Counted from the stretch's first letter, positions 19,601 to 29,654 are shown. The stretch: 64,000 nucleotides of DNA from Candidatus Eiseniibacteriota bacterium (GCA_965224245.1 OZ245046.1:5056001-5120000); one strand, 5' to 3'. The notes: generated from the sequence alone by a model not told the origin. Program-made: numbers and translations.

Positions 19601-21631
19601 GTGGCGACCAGAAAGACGCGCCGCGGGCGAAAACGCCCGATCACGAAGGAAGACCTCCTGACCCTCAACATGGTGCGACGCGGAACGGTAGCGCCGGACG
19701 GACGCCACTTCGTGTTCGCCGTGGAGACGGCCAGAAAGGACCGGAAGGGATACGACTCTCACCTGTATCGACTACGCCTCGAAGACGGTGAGGTGCGACA
19801 GCTCACGTTCGGCCGGCGGCGCGATTCGGGCCCCGTGTTCTCGCCGGACGGCCGGCGCGTGGCCTTCCTGGCCAAGCGCGGCCACTATCCGGGCATCCAC
19901 GTGATTCCGATCGACGGTGGAGAGGCCCGGTCGGTCGTCGAGAAGGACGGCAGCTTCGCCGCGCTCAGCTGGTCGCCGGACGGGCGCGCGCTCCTGTGCA
20001 CGTTCACCGAAGCCGATCCGAACCCGGCCGCGAAGGACGACGAGCCGTTCGATCCCGAGAAGGAGCCGCCCAAGCGCGAGGCGCCCACGTACCGGCACAT
20101 CACCCGCCTCTTCTACCGACTCGACGGCGCCGGCTTCCTGCCGTTGCACAAGCCCCAGGTGTGGACGTTCGACGTCGAGACCGGCACCGGCGCGGCCCTG
20201 ACGAGCATGAAAGAAGGCGCCAACGAGCCATCGTTCTCGCCGGACGGCAAGCGCATCGTCTTCACGTCCAACGTGCGCCGCGACCCCGACCAGGACATGG
20301 GCTTCGAGGACATCTTCGTTCTTCCCTCGTCGGGGGGGAAGCCGCGTCGGGTGCCGACGCCGGTCGGTCACACGTCGTCGCCGACGTTCTCGCCCGACGG
20401 GAAGACGATCGCGTACCTCGGACACGATGAAACCGAGAACCCGTGGTACGAGAACGATCGCGTGTGGACGGTACCGGCGAACGGGCGAGGCCCCGCCCGG
20501 TGCCTGTGCCGCCGGTTCGACCAGCCCGGCTACGACGCGACGATCTCCGACACCGGCGAGGGGTTCGCCGGACTCGCGCCCCGCTGGAGCCCCAGCGGCG
20601 CGTGGATCTACTTCGTGTCGTGCGGGTTCGGCGCCTCGGGTCTGTACAAGGTCCGCGCGCGGGGGGGTACTCCCGAGCGCGTCACCCCCGAGAAGGTACA
20701 TCTCCAGACCGTCGACCTGACGCGCGACTGCCGGGAGGCGGTGGGCGTGATGTCCGACGCGGTGACCCCGAGCGAGGTGTACTGGTTCGACCTGGAGACC
20801 GGAGAGTCCGAACGTCAGACCACGCTGACCAAGCCGTGGACCGACGAGATCGACATCCAGCGACCCCTCGAGGTGAAGGTCCGCTCGACCGAGGGCGCAC
20901 GCGTCCAGGCCTGGATCCTGCGCCCGCCGAAGTTCCGGCCGACCAAGCGCTATCCGGCGATCATCGAGGTGCACGGCGGTCCGATGACGCAGTACGGCTA
21001 CTCGTTCTTCCACGAGCTGCAGCTCCTGGCCGCTCAGGGCTACGTCGTCTACTACAGCAATCCCCGCGGCTCGCTGGGCTACGGGCGGGCGTGGGCCGAG
21101 GCGATCAAGGACGACTGGGGCAAGCGCGACTACGAGGACGTGATGGCCGGCGCCGACTACCTCGAGTCGCTTCGCTACGTGAACCCCAGACGGATCGGCA
21201 TCACCGGTGGGTCGTACGGCGGGTTCATGACGAACTGGGCGGTGGGACACACGCGCCGGTTCAAGGCTGCCGTCACCCAGCGCTCGGTGGTCGACATCAA
21301 GACGTTTCTGGGCTCGTCCGACGTGGGCTTCGCGTTCCATCACGAGTTCGGCGGTCAACCGTGGGAGGTGCCCGAAGCGTACGTGCGGATGTCGCCGTTG
21401 ACGTACGCGAAGAACATCCGGACGCCGCTGCTGATCATCCACTCGGAGAACGATCTCCGGTGTCACATCGAGCAGGCCGAGAACCTCTTCGCCACGCTGA
21501 AGCTGTTGAAGCGAAAGGTGGAGCTCGTGCGCTTCCCCGAGGAGTCGCACGGACTGTCGCGCGGCGGACGACCCGATCGCCGGCTCGCGCGACTCGAGAA
21601 GATCCTGGACTGGTTCGAGCGCTACCTCTAG
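19601..21631 (+). CDS. S9 family peptidase (acylaminoacyl / dipeptidyl peptidase)
   Basis: PD40 propeller repeats (FSPDG), HGGP, GGSYGG nucleophile, ENDLRC, ESHG. Confidence 0.93.
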   Translation: MATRKTRRGRKRPITKEDLLTLNMVRRGTVAPDGRHFVFAVETARKDRKGYDSHLYRLRLEDGEVRQLTFGRRRDSGPVFSPDGRRVAFLAKRGHYPGIHVIPIDGGEARSVVEKDGSFAALSWSPDGRALLCTFTEADPNPAAKDDEPFDPEKEPPKREAPTYRHITRLFYRLDGAGFLPLHKPQVWTFDVETGTGAALTSMKEGANEPSFSPDGKRIVFTSNVRRDPDQDMGFEDIFVLPSSGGKPRRVPTPVGHTSSPTFSPDGKTIAYLGHDETENPWYENDRVWTVPANGRGPARCLCRRFDQPGYDATISDTGEGFAGLAPRWSPSGAWIYFVSCGFGASGLYKVRARGGTPERVTPEKVHLQTVDLTRDCREAVGVMSDAVTPSEVYWFDLETGESERQTTLTKPWTDEIDIQRPLEVKVRSTEGARVQAWILRPPKFRPTKRYPAIIEVHGGPMTQYGYSFFHELQLLAAQGYVVYYSNPRGSLGYGRAWAEAIKDDWGKRDYEDVMAGADYLESLRYVNPRRIGITGGSYGGFMTNWAVGHTRRFKAAVTQRSVVDIKTFLGSSDVGFAFHHEFGGQPWEVPEAYVRMSPLTYAKNIRTPLLIIHSENDLRCHIEQAENLFATLKLLKRKVELVRFPEESHGLSRGGRPDRRLARLEKILDWFERYL

Positions 21632-21647
21632 ACGGCTGACCGCGCGC

Positions 21648-22607
21648 ATGGCCTCTCACGACACGGATGCCGGCCTCAGGCGAGCCCTGTTCGCCGGCAT
21701 CTTCGCGAATCTCGGGGTGGCGATCGCGAAGTTCGTCGCATTCCTGATGACGCGGAGCGCCGCGATGCTCGCCGAGTCCTTGCACTCGGTGGCCGACAGC
21801 TCCAACCAGCTCCTGCTCCTGGTGGGGCTCCACCGGAGCCGCCGCCCCCCCGACGAGGCGCACCCGTTCGGCTTCGCGGCCGAACGCTACTTCTGGTCGT
21901 TCGTGGTGAGCATCAACATCTTCCTCCTGGGGGCGCTGTTCGCGATCTACGAGGGCGTGAGAAAGGTGCTCGATCCTCATCCGATTCACGATCCCGTCTG
22001 GAGCTACCTCGCGCTCGCGCTGGCCACGGTCTTCGAGGCGTACGCGCTGAGTGTCGCCTGGCGGGAGTTCCGGCACTTTCGTCGCGAGTCCGACGGGTCG
22101 CTGCTCGAGTCGCTTCGCGACGCGAAGGACCTGTCGCTGCCCACGGTCCTGTTCGAGGACACCGCCGCGATCCTGGGCCTCGCGATCGCGGCGACGGGCA
22201 TCACCTTGTCGCTCGTCACTCACGACGGGGTCTACGACGGCATCGCGTCGATCCTGATCGGCGTCATCCTGCTCGGGGTCGCGTGGTTCCTGGCCACCGA
22301 GAGTCACAGCCTGTTGATCGGAGAGTCCGCGTCGCGCGGGAAGCGCGCGACCATCCGGACCGCCGTCGAGGCCGATCCGGCCGTCCGGCGCCTCGTGGAG
22401 CTGAAGACGTTGCAGCACGGACCCGGACACATCCTGGTGGCGCTGACGCTGGAGTTCGCGGACGACCTCTCGACCGATGGGGTCGAGGACGCGATCGTGC
22501 GCATCGAGCGCGCCATTCGCGACGCCGAGCCCGCGGCGCGGCACATCTTCGTCGAGGCCGGCGCGTTTCGCGGATCCCGGCCCGATCAGCCGCCCGAGAC
22601 GGCCTGA
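21648..22607 (+). CDS. Cation diffusion facilitator family transporter
   Basis: AESLHSVADS.NQ, HPFGF..ERYFW, EDTAA, DGIAS. Confidence 0.9.
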   Translation: MASHDTDAGLRRALFAGIFANLGVAIAKFVAFLMTRSAAMLAESLHSVADSSNQLLLLVGLHRSRRPPDEAHPFGFAAERYFWSFVVSINIFLLGALFAIYEGVRKVLDPHPIHDPVWSYLALALATVFEAYALSVAWREFRHFRRESDGSLLESLRDAKDLSLPTVLFEDTAAILGLAIAATGITLSLVTHDGVYDGIASILIGVILLGVAWFLATESHSLLIGESASRGKRATIRTAVEADPAVRRLVELKTLQHGPGHILVALTLEFADDLSTDGVEDAIVRIERAIRDAEPAARHIFVEAGAFRGSRPDQPPETA

Positions 22608-22861
22608 ACGATCGTGAGCACGTCGCCGTCGGAGGTGGTCACCTCCGACGGGTCGAGCCAGCGCGTGTTTGTGCCGTTGTGAAAGCAGAGCACGTGCTGG
22701 CGAAACCCGCCGCTCTCGTCGAAGAGGTGCCGCGCGAGCTCGGGGTGCGCCGCACGAATCGCGTCGAGCGCGCCGGCCACCGTGTCCCCTTCGATGGGGA
22801 CCGTGCGTGCACCCATCACGGATGCGAGAAGGCTCGGCAGCTCGACGGTGAGAGTGGCCAC
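22586..22861 (-). CDS. MoaD/ThiS family ubiquitin-like sulfur carrier
   Basis: 91 aa ending AVSGG. Confidence 0.88.
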   Translation of the reverse strand: MATLTVELPSLLASVMGARTVPIEGDTVAGALDAIRAAHPELARHLFDESGGFRQHVLCFHNGTNTRWLDPSEVTTSDGDVLTIVQAVSGG

Positions 22862-22865
22862 GTCG

Positions 22866-23921
22866 TCACCGCTCGTAGGCGCGGACCGACAGGATCCGCG
22901 GCAGGTGCATCGGGAGCTGCCGCCACGTATCGCCGCCGTCGACGCTCACGTGCAGCGTCCCGGCCGTCGTGCCCGCATACACGCCGCAGGGATCCCGATG
23001 ATCCACGTCCATGGCGCCGCGGAGCACGGCGCCGTAGAAGTGCTCGGTCGGCAGGCCCTCGGCGAGCTCCTGCCAGGAGTCCCCGTCGTCGCGACTGCGA
23101 TACACGCGGAGCTTCCCGTCACGCGGCATGCGGTACTCGTCGCTCTCCAGCGAGATCGCGAACAGCGCTCCCGTCCGTCGATCGCGCGCGATCGGAAAGC
23201 CGAACCAGGATCCGAGGCCATTCTCGATGCGCTCCCACGACTCGGCGCCGTCGGTCGTGCGGTACATGCCGGTGTGGTCCTGTCGCCAGATGCGATCACC
23301 GTTCTCCGGGTCCATGGCCAGCCCGTGTACGCAGTATCCGATGTCCGGATGGACCTCGTCCTCGATGGCGACCCGGACCCCCGCGTTCTTCGGCGTCCAG
23401 CTCGCTCCGCCGTCTTCGCTCCGGAACACGCCTACCGCGGAGATTCCGCAGAACAGCCGTTCGGGACGCCGGGGATCCGCGAGCACCACGTGCGCACACA
23501 GGCCACCCGCGCCCGGGAACCAGCCGTCCCGTGTCGGATGCTCGTTGAGCCCGTCGATCGATGACCAGCTCTCGCCGCCGTCACGCGACACGAAGAGCCC
23601 GGCCTCGTCGACGCCGGCATAGATCGCGTCGCCGGCCGTCACGAGCGTCCAGATCTGTGTCAGGCGGCGATCGCCGCCATCGGGATACGCGGGGGCGGCC
23701 GGCAGCTGCGTCCAGTCGACGAGGTCGCGACTCGCCTGCACGCTCGCGCCGTAGACACGACTGGCGGTCCCGAGCAGCATCCGTCCGTCCGGCGCCTCGG
23801 TGGACGTGGTGACCGCCCAGCCCTTGAAGATCGGTCCCGCCACGTCCCAGGACGCGCGCGCGTCGTCGCCGCGCAGGATGAACCCGCCTTTGACCGTGCC
23901 CACGACGAGAACGACGCTCAT
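22866..23921 (-). CDS. BNR/Asp-box repeat beta-propeller (sialidase-like), cytoplasmic
   Basis: VGTVKG, repeated S.DGG.SW boxes, W.PGAGGLC.H and CVH. Start ATG 23921. Confidence 0.85.
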   Translation of the reverse strand: MSVVLVVGTVKGGFILRGDDARASWDVAGPIFKGWAVTTSTEAPDGRMLLGTASRVYGASVQASRDLVDWTQLPAAPAYPDGGDRRLTQIWTLVTAGDAIYAGVDEAGLFVSRDGGESWSSIDGLNEHPTRDGWFPGAGGLCAHVVLADPRRPERLFCGISAVGVFRSEDGGASWTPKNAGVRVAIEDEVHPDIGYCVHGLAMDPENGDRIWRQDHTGMYRTTDGAESWERIENGLGSWFGFPIARDRRTGALFAISLESDEYRMPRDGKLRVYRSRDDGDSWQELAEGLPTEHFYGAVLRGAMDVDHRDPCGVYAGTTAGTLHVSVDGGDTWRQLPMHLPRILSVRAYER

Positions 23922-23986
23922 GAGGAGGCTCCTTCGACGAACGGGGAACGCCGCGCAACCGCACACGCGTTCCGGACGTCTTGGTT

Positions 23987-23995
23987 TGATACAAT
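23987..23995 (+). promoter_or_regulatory. Extended -10 promoter candidate for the kinase gene
   Basis: TG-A-TACAAT about 80 nt upstream of ATG 24074. Confidence 0.4.
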
Positions 23996-24073
23996 GGGCG
24001 TCTCGGGACAGTAGCAGAGTCTACGAGCACACACGGACCGGGTTTCAGCAGCCGCGGGACGGCGAGGGCTTCC

Positions 24074-26245
24074 ATGACCCACGATCGAGATGCGAGGCCG
24101 GATGCGGAGACGATCGCGTGGCATCCGAGCCCCGGCTCGGTCGATCGGTCTCCCCCCGACGCGCCACTCGCCGGGGTCGTTCCCGCTCGTCTGGGCCGGT
24201 ACCGGCTCATGCGCCCGCTCGGGAGCGGTGGGTTCGGCCAGGTCCACCTGGCGCACGACGAGGTGCTCGATCGTCCGGTCGCGGTGAAGTTCCTGGCCAG
24301 CACCCGGCCAGTGGAGGTGGCGCGGCTGCGCCGAGAGGCCCGCGTCACGGCCCGCCTCTCGCATCCCAACATCGTCGCGATCTACGAGCTCGGCGAGCAC
24401 GACGACCGCCCGTTCATCGTCATGCAGTACGTGCCGGGATCGACGCTGGCGTCGGTGACCCTGGAGCGGGACGCGCTCGTCCGGATCCTGATCCAGGTCG
24501 GCGACGCGCTGCACGCAGCGCACGCGCGGGGCATCGTGCACCGGGACATCAAGCCGTCCAACATCCTCGTGGGCGAGGACGGCCGCGGCTACCTGACGGA
24601 CTTCGGCATCGCGGGCGCGCGCTTCGTGGACGGCGCGGCCGCGCCTCTCGAGATCGCGGGAACGCCGGCCACGATGTCGCCCGAGCAGGCCCGAGGTGAC
24701 CCGACGCGCATCGATGCCCGGAGCGACATCTACTCGTTCGGCGCCACGATGTATCGACTCCTGACCGGACGCGACGCCTATCGAGGACGCACCGCCGCCG
24801 AGGTCATCGAACGCGTGCTCTCGGCGACCATCGTGTTCCCCCGCGCGCTCGATCCATCCATCCCGCGCAGTCTGGAGGCGATCGTGCTCAAGTGCATGGA
24901 CCGTGATCCCGGCGCCCGATACGCCACCATGCACGACGTCGTCGACCAGCTCCGGCACGCCGCCGCCGGCGACCGGATCGACGGCGAGTCCGGCGCGTGG
25001 CTCCGCCGTCTCGTCGGTGCCGAGGTTGCCACCGCGCGACGGCGAGATCCGCCGCCGGAGAGCGAGGCGGCCGAGTTCGCCCGCGAGATCGCCGAATGGG
25101 ACACGCACCTCTACCGCGTGTCGAGCAACCTGCCGAGGCTCTTCCCGGCGCTCCACGAGATCGTCGCGCGACTGGATGCGATCCTGGAGATGCGTCCCGC
25201 CACCGCGTGGGCTCGCTTCTACCGGGGCATGGCCTACCAGCGGCTGGGACGTCTCGTGGAGGCGCTCGACGACATGGAGGTCGCGATCGATCGCGTCGCC
25301 GACCGGACGGGCGCGCTCTTCGAGCTCGGCCGACTGTACCTCGAGCAGTACCTGCGCGAACGCCGGGCGGCGCTCGCGCACGTGAGCCCGGTGGGCGCTC
25401 GCGCCGACCTCCAGGCGGCCCGCACGCGCCTCGACCACGCCGTGGCCGCGCTGCAGGAGGCCGAGGCCACCGGCGGCACGCTGCGCCGCTGGCAACACGA
25501 CTACGTGATCGCGGTCAGCGCACTGGCCGAGGACGACGTGGAGCGATGCGTGGCCACCTGCGACGCGATGCTCGCCGAGGACGCGGATCTGGAGGAGGTG
25601 TGGAAGCTCCGCGGCGACGCCCTCCGGGCGCGCGGACGCGATCCCATCGAGAGCTACGACCGGGCCGTCGACGTGCGCCGGAGCTACGTCGACGCGCTCG
25701 TCGCGAAGGCGGAGACCCTGCTCGAACGCGCGGCGTTCGACGCCGCTCGCGAGACCCTCGACCGCGTGCTCGAGCTCACGCCCGACTGTCCGGCCACCAC
25801 GATGATGATCTCCCGGAGCTATCTCACCGAGGCCCGGCACACCGAGGACACCGCCGCGGCGGCCGACCTCCTCGCTCGTGCGGCGGCCGTGCTCGCGCGT
25901 CTCGACCCCGAGCGGAGCCCTGACTACGACACGGCCGTGCTGGAGGCCGAGATCGGGATCGCCCTCGCCGAGGCGACCCGCACGATGGATCCCACGCGGA
26001 GCGCGCTCGCGGCGCTGGCCCGGGCGAGACGCCTGCGTGGGTGCCAGAACCGGGTGGACCTCCTCGAGGCGTCGACGTGGCTCGCGCAGGCGCGTCTCGA
26101 GCCGGACGAGGAGACGGCGTGCGCCTACCTCACGCAGGTCCGAGATCGGCGACACACCGTCAGCCCGGGCGCGATTCCCGACACGCCGTGGCAATCGGTG
26201 TTCGACGGCGCCGAGACCCTCGCGCGAGAGCGAGGCTGGACGTGA
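24074..26245 (+). CDS. Hanks-type Ser/Thr protein kinase with C-terminal TPRs
   Basis: GSGGFG, VAVK, HRDIKPSN, DFG, GTP..MSPEQ, SDIYSFG; helical TPR-like tail, no TM. Confidence 0.92.
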   Translation: MTHDRDARPDAETIAWHPSPGSVDRSPPDAPLAGVVPARLGRYRLMRPLGSGGFGQVHLAHDEVLDRPVAVKFLASTRPVEVARLRREARVTARLSHPNIVAIYELGEHDDRPFIVMQYVPGSTLASVTLERDALVRILIQVGDALHAAHARGIVHRDIKPSNILVGEDGRGYLTDFGIAGARFVDGAAAPLEIAGTPATMSPEQARGDPTRIDARSDIYSFGATMYRLLTGRDAYRGRTAAEVIERVLSATIVFPRALDPSIPRSLEAIVLKCMDRDPGARYATMHDVVDQLRHAAAGDRIDGESGAWLRRLVGAEVATARRRDPPPESEAAEFAREIAEWDTHLYRVSSNLPRLFPALHEIVARLDAILEMRPATAWARFYRGMAYQRLGRLVEALDDMEVAIDRVADRTGALFELGRLYLEQYLRERRAALAHVSPVGARADLQAARTRLDHAVAALQEAEATGGTLRRWQHDYVIAVSALAEDDVERCVATCDAMLAEDADLEEVWKLRGDALRARGRDPIESYDRAVDVRRSYVDALVAKAETLLERAAFDAARETLDRVLELTPDCPATTMMISRSYLTEARHTEDTAAAADLLARAAAVLARLDPERSPDYDTAVLEAEIGIALAEATRTMDPTRSALAALARARRLRGCQNRVDLLEASTWLAQARLEPDEETACAYLTQVRDRRHTVSPGAIPDTPWQSVFDGAETLARERGWT

Positions 26246-26952
26246 GCGCGGCGACCCTGCCCGCCGATCTCGCGGACTTCGTCACGACGCGACTCGAAAC
26301 CGCGGCCGACCCCGCGAAGGCGGGTCCGATGGCCGCCTACATGAAGACGTCGATGCCGTTCTTCGGGGTCCAGAAACCCGAGCGGGTGCGCATCGTGCGC
26401 GAGGCACTCCGGCGTTTCCGGCCGGCGTCGCGACGATCCTACGAGGCGTCGGTGCGCGCGCTCTGGTCGCGCCCGCATCGCGAGGAGAAGTACGCGGCCA
26501 TCGCGGTGGCGATCGGCGTCGACGAGCTCGTCGCTCCCGCGTCGCTGGGGCTGTACGAGCGCCTGATCCGCGCCGGTGCCTGGTGGGACTTCGTGGACGA
26601 CGTGGCCATTCGTCTCGTGGGGCGCGTGCTCCGCGAGCACCGAGAGAGCACGAAGCCGCTGATGGAGGCATGGATCGACGACGACGACATGTGGATTCGT
26701 CGATCCGCACTGATCTCCCAGATCACGCACGAGGACGACACCGACCACCGCACGCTGTTTCGCCACTGCCGTCGCCGCGCGTCCGAGACCGAGTTCTTCA
26801 TCCGCAAGGCGATCGGATGGGCGCTGCGCGACTACTCTTACGCGGCTCCCGACCGCGTGGCGGCGTTCCTGATCGCCAATCGGGAACGTCTGAGTGGACT
26901 GTCGTTTCGTGAGGGCGCCAAGGCGCTTCGAAGAGTGGGCCACGACCTCTAG
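26242..26952 (+). CDS. DNA alkylation repair protein (AlkD-like HEAT-repeat glycosylase)
   Basis: M.AYMK...F.GV, REEKY, WWDFVD, W.RR.A, EFFIRKAIGWALR. GTGA overlap with the kinase stop. Confidence 0.9.
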   Translation: MSAATLPADLADFVTTRLETAADPAKAGPMAAYMKTSMPFFGVQKPERVRIVREALRRFRPASRRSYEASVRALWSRPHREEKYAAIAVAIGVDELVAPASLGLYERLIRAGAWWDFVDDVAIRLVGRVLREHRESTKPLMEAWIDDDDMWIRRSALISQITHEDDTDHRTLFRHCRRRASETEFFIRKAIGWALRDYSYAAPDRVAAFLIANRERLSGLSFREGAKALRRVGHDL

Positions 26953-27047
26953 CGGCTCGCTGGCCGGTCTGACGGCTGGCGTGCGACATCGCGCGGCGTC
27001 ACACTCCTCCGACGCGACGATGGAGCTTCGACCGAGGGTGTGCTGAC

Positions 27048-27575
27048 ATGTCGAGTCAGGATACACAACCCCCGATGCTGGTTGAGCCCACGGCGCGGCT
27101 CGAGGCGGAGTTCGGGGCGATGGCGCGCGAGTACGTCGCCGCCGGCGAGCCGCGCGACACGACCCCGCTCGACGACTTCACCGCGTACGTCACGAGGCTT
27201 CACCGTTCGCACGCCGGCCACGCGCGTCCCGGGCGCGTTCCCCAGTCGACGTACTGGCTCGTCGGGGGTGATCGGATCCTCGGCGTGAGCCGACTGCGTC
27301 ACCGGCTCCTGCCCCACCTCGAGCTCGAGGGCGGGCACATCGGCTACGAGATCCGACCCACCGAGCGCCGCCGGGGTCTCGGTACGTGCATCCTCGCGTT
27401 GACGCTGGAGAAGGCCCGCGAGCGCGGACTCATGCGTGTCCTCATCACCTGCGACGACGACAACGTGGGCTCCTGGAGGATCATCGAGCACAACGGCGGG
27501 TCCACCTACACCGAGGCCACGTCCGAGCGCAGCGGCAAGCGGATCCGCCAGTACTGGATCGACCTGCCGCGCTAG
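27048..27575 (+). CDS. GNAT family N-acetyltransferase
   Basis: LRH.L...L...GGHIGY.IRP.ERRRG, ITCD.DN..S..IIE.NGG. Confidence 0.9.
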   Translation: MSSQDTQPPMLVEPTARLEAEFGAMAREYVAAGEPRDTTPLDDFTAYVTRLHRSHAGHARPGRVPQSTYWLVGGDRILGVSRLRHRLLPHLELEGGHIGYEIRPTERRRGLGTCILALTLEKARERGLMRVLITCDDDNVGSWRIIEHNGGSTYTEATSERSGKRIRQYWIDLPR

Positions 27576-28573
27576 CGGGGGCCAAAGGTCGACTTCACAC
27601 GGCCCCAGCTCGTGATCTCGACCGGCGTGTCGACACATCCGACCTCCCGGGCGCCGATGAGCCCGCAGTCGCCGGGCGAGTGCGCCGGGGCGCACGGCGA
27701 CTCCGGTCGGAGCGTGAGGTCGCCGGCCTCGGCGTCGCAGAACATCGGATCGGCCGAGAGGTTCCCGCCGCCGTCGGATCGGCAGGGGACGTCGTCGCCG
27801 CCTTCGTTGCCGAAGACGTCGCAGCACGTCATCAGCGGCGTTCCGCCGCCGCACCAGATCGCGCCACCGCCCCGGCCAAAGGCCAGGATGCAGTTCGAGA
27901 CCGTCACGCCGGGGGCCTCGACGTCGAACACCGAGCCGGTGGGCGACGTGTTCGCGTGGAACGTGGAGTGCTCGATCGACGCCGTCTCGCCGGTCGCGTC
28001 GCCCGGGATCGACGCGTCGTCCAGATCGATGGCACCGCCGTTCCTCTCCGCGACGTTGCCGACGAACACGCACCCGGTCACCAGGAGGCCCGACTGCTCG
28101 GAGTAGATCGCACCGCCGCTTCCGGTTGCCACGTTGCCGTCGAAGACGCAGTGGGCGAACGTCAGTGCGGTCCCCGAAGCGCAGCTTGCAGCGGCCCCGC
28201 GCGAAGCATGGCCGCCGGTGATCGTGACGCCCTCCAGCACCGATGCACGCGTCTCGCCGCTGGCGAACAGGAACGCTCGGTGGAGATCGCCGGCGCTGCC
28301 CTCGCAGTCGATGATGCAACCCGACGGATCTCCGCTCTCGGATCGGATCGTGACGGCCTTCCCCAGGTAATCGACGTCGCGGTTGCCGTCGCCGGTGAAC
28401 GTACCGCCGGTGAGGAGGATCTCGTCGCCATCCGTGGCGGCGTTCACGGCCGCCTGGATGGTCGCGTACTCCCCGCTGCCGTCCGCGTGCACGACGTACG
28501 TCGTGGATCGCGCAAGGTCGTTCGCCAACGACGACAGGGCGAGCACCAGCACCGGAGTCACCGTGAGCTTCAT
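27572..28573 (-). CDS. Secreted right-handed beta-helix (pectin-lyase-like) protein with an SWGxxK C-terminal motif
   Basis: Signal peptide, DGSG.Y.TIQAA, F.GN.A..GGAI repeats, ADP.FCD, ends ITSWGRVKSTFGPR. Confidence 0.85.
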   Translation of the reverse strand: MKLTVTPVLVLALSSLANDLARSTTYVVHADGSGEYATIQAAVNAATDGDEILLTGGTFTGDGNRDVDYLGKAVTIRSESGDPSGCIIDCEGSAGDLHRAFLFASGETRASVLEGVTITGGHASRGAAASCASGTALTFAHCVFDGNVATGSGGAIYSEQSGLLVTGCVFVGNVAERNGGAIDLDDASIPGDATGETASIEHSTFHANTSPTGSVFDVEAPGVTVSNCILAFGRGGGAIWCGGGTPLMTCCDVFGNEGGDDVPCRSDGGGNLSADPMFCDAEAGDLTLRPESPCAPAHSPGDCGLIGAREVGCVDTPVEITSWGRVKSTFGPR

Positions 28574-28944
28574 GTCGTGAGTCCTCCCTGCACTTAGCCG
28601 GTCGCAAGACCCCGTCGATGGGCGCGGCTACCGAAGCGGTGCCGCACTCTTTAGCATCGCCACGCGAGGTCGGATCATCTATAATCCAAGCTGTCCTCGC
28701 TTCTAAGTCCGCATACGAGCGGTAGCCCTCCGACGACCCGGCCCTGAACGGAGGTCTCGGATGTGAACGCTCCTTCTGATCGACTTGCGGGTCATTCCTG
28801 CCGGCGCCCACGCCACCGAGGACGGTGGCTGGTCGCTTCCGCACGCGTCGAACGTGCACGTCACCGCCCCGACCTACACCGGATGTGGCGATTGCGGTCC
28901 GCTCCGACCGGCGATCCGTCGCAGGTATCGAACCGGAGGTTCCG

Positions 28945-29643
28945 ATGAGACGACTGATCACGATCGCCGCACTCCTCGTTCCCGTCGTCGCCAAGGCCGA
29001 TCCCGGCGCGATCGACAAGTACACGATCGACGTACACTTTCAGCCGCCGAGCTACCTCGGGTGCACCGAGGGCGCCGTCGCCGACGCGGCCCTGAACTGC
29101 GACGTGCTGAACCCGGTCGCGATCGACGTCGGGGAGTTCACGCCCAACTTCGCCTGGCTCATCGCGGGCTCGATCCCCGAGGGCACAGGTCCCGGCGCCG
29201 AGGGCGGCATCGGGGGGCTCCAGTTCGGGCTCGAGTACCCGGAGACGGTCTTCCTCGGCGGAGGCTTCACGCTCTGCACCGGCGGGTCGGAGATTCCCCA
29301 GGACGATCTGGACGGCACGTGGCCCGAGAGCGGCACCGGCAACGCCGTGACGTGGGCCGGAGGATGCTACCTCGTGACCGACAACCCGGACGGCGTGACG
29401 AAAATCGGCTTCATCCCGATCAACCCCGGGAGCACGGGCTTCCTGTTCGTGCGAGGAGACCCGAGGATCGGCGAGGCGCAGGCCGCGGGCTGCGACGCCA
29501 TCACGTTCCGGATCTGCCGCCAGCTACTGGGGTGCGGTCAGACCGAGCCGGGAGGTCCGCCGGGAGAGATTCGCTGCGGCGGATTCTGCGCGATCCCGAT
29601 CGTCGAATCCTCGTGGGGGCAGATCAAGAGCGCGTACCGCTGA
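28945..29643 (+). CDS. Secreted Cys-containing hypothetical protein with an SWGxxK C-terminal motif
   Basis: GGAGG RBS, signal peptide MRRLITIAALLVPVVAKA, ends ESSWGQIKSAYR. Confidence 0.8.
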   Translation: MRRLITIAALLVPVVAKADPGAIDKYTIDVHFQPPSYLGCTEGAVADAALNCDVLNPVAIDVGEFTPNFAWLIAGSIPEGTGPGAEGGIGGLQFGLEYPETVFLGGGFTLCTGGSEIPQDDLDGTWPESGTGNAVTWAGGCYLVTDNPDGVTKIGFIPINPGSTGFLFVRGDPRIGEAQAAGCDAITFRICRQLLGCGQTEPGGPPGEIRCGGFCAIPIVESSWGQIKSAYR

Positions 29644-29654
29644 CGCGTCACCGT

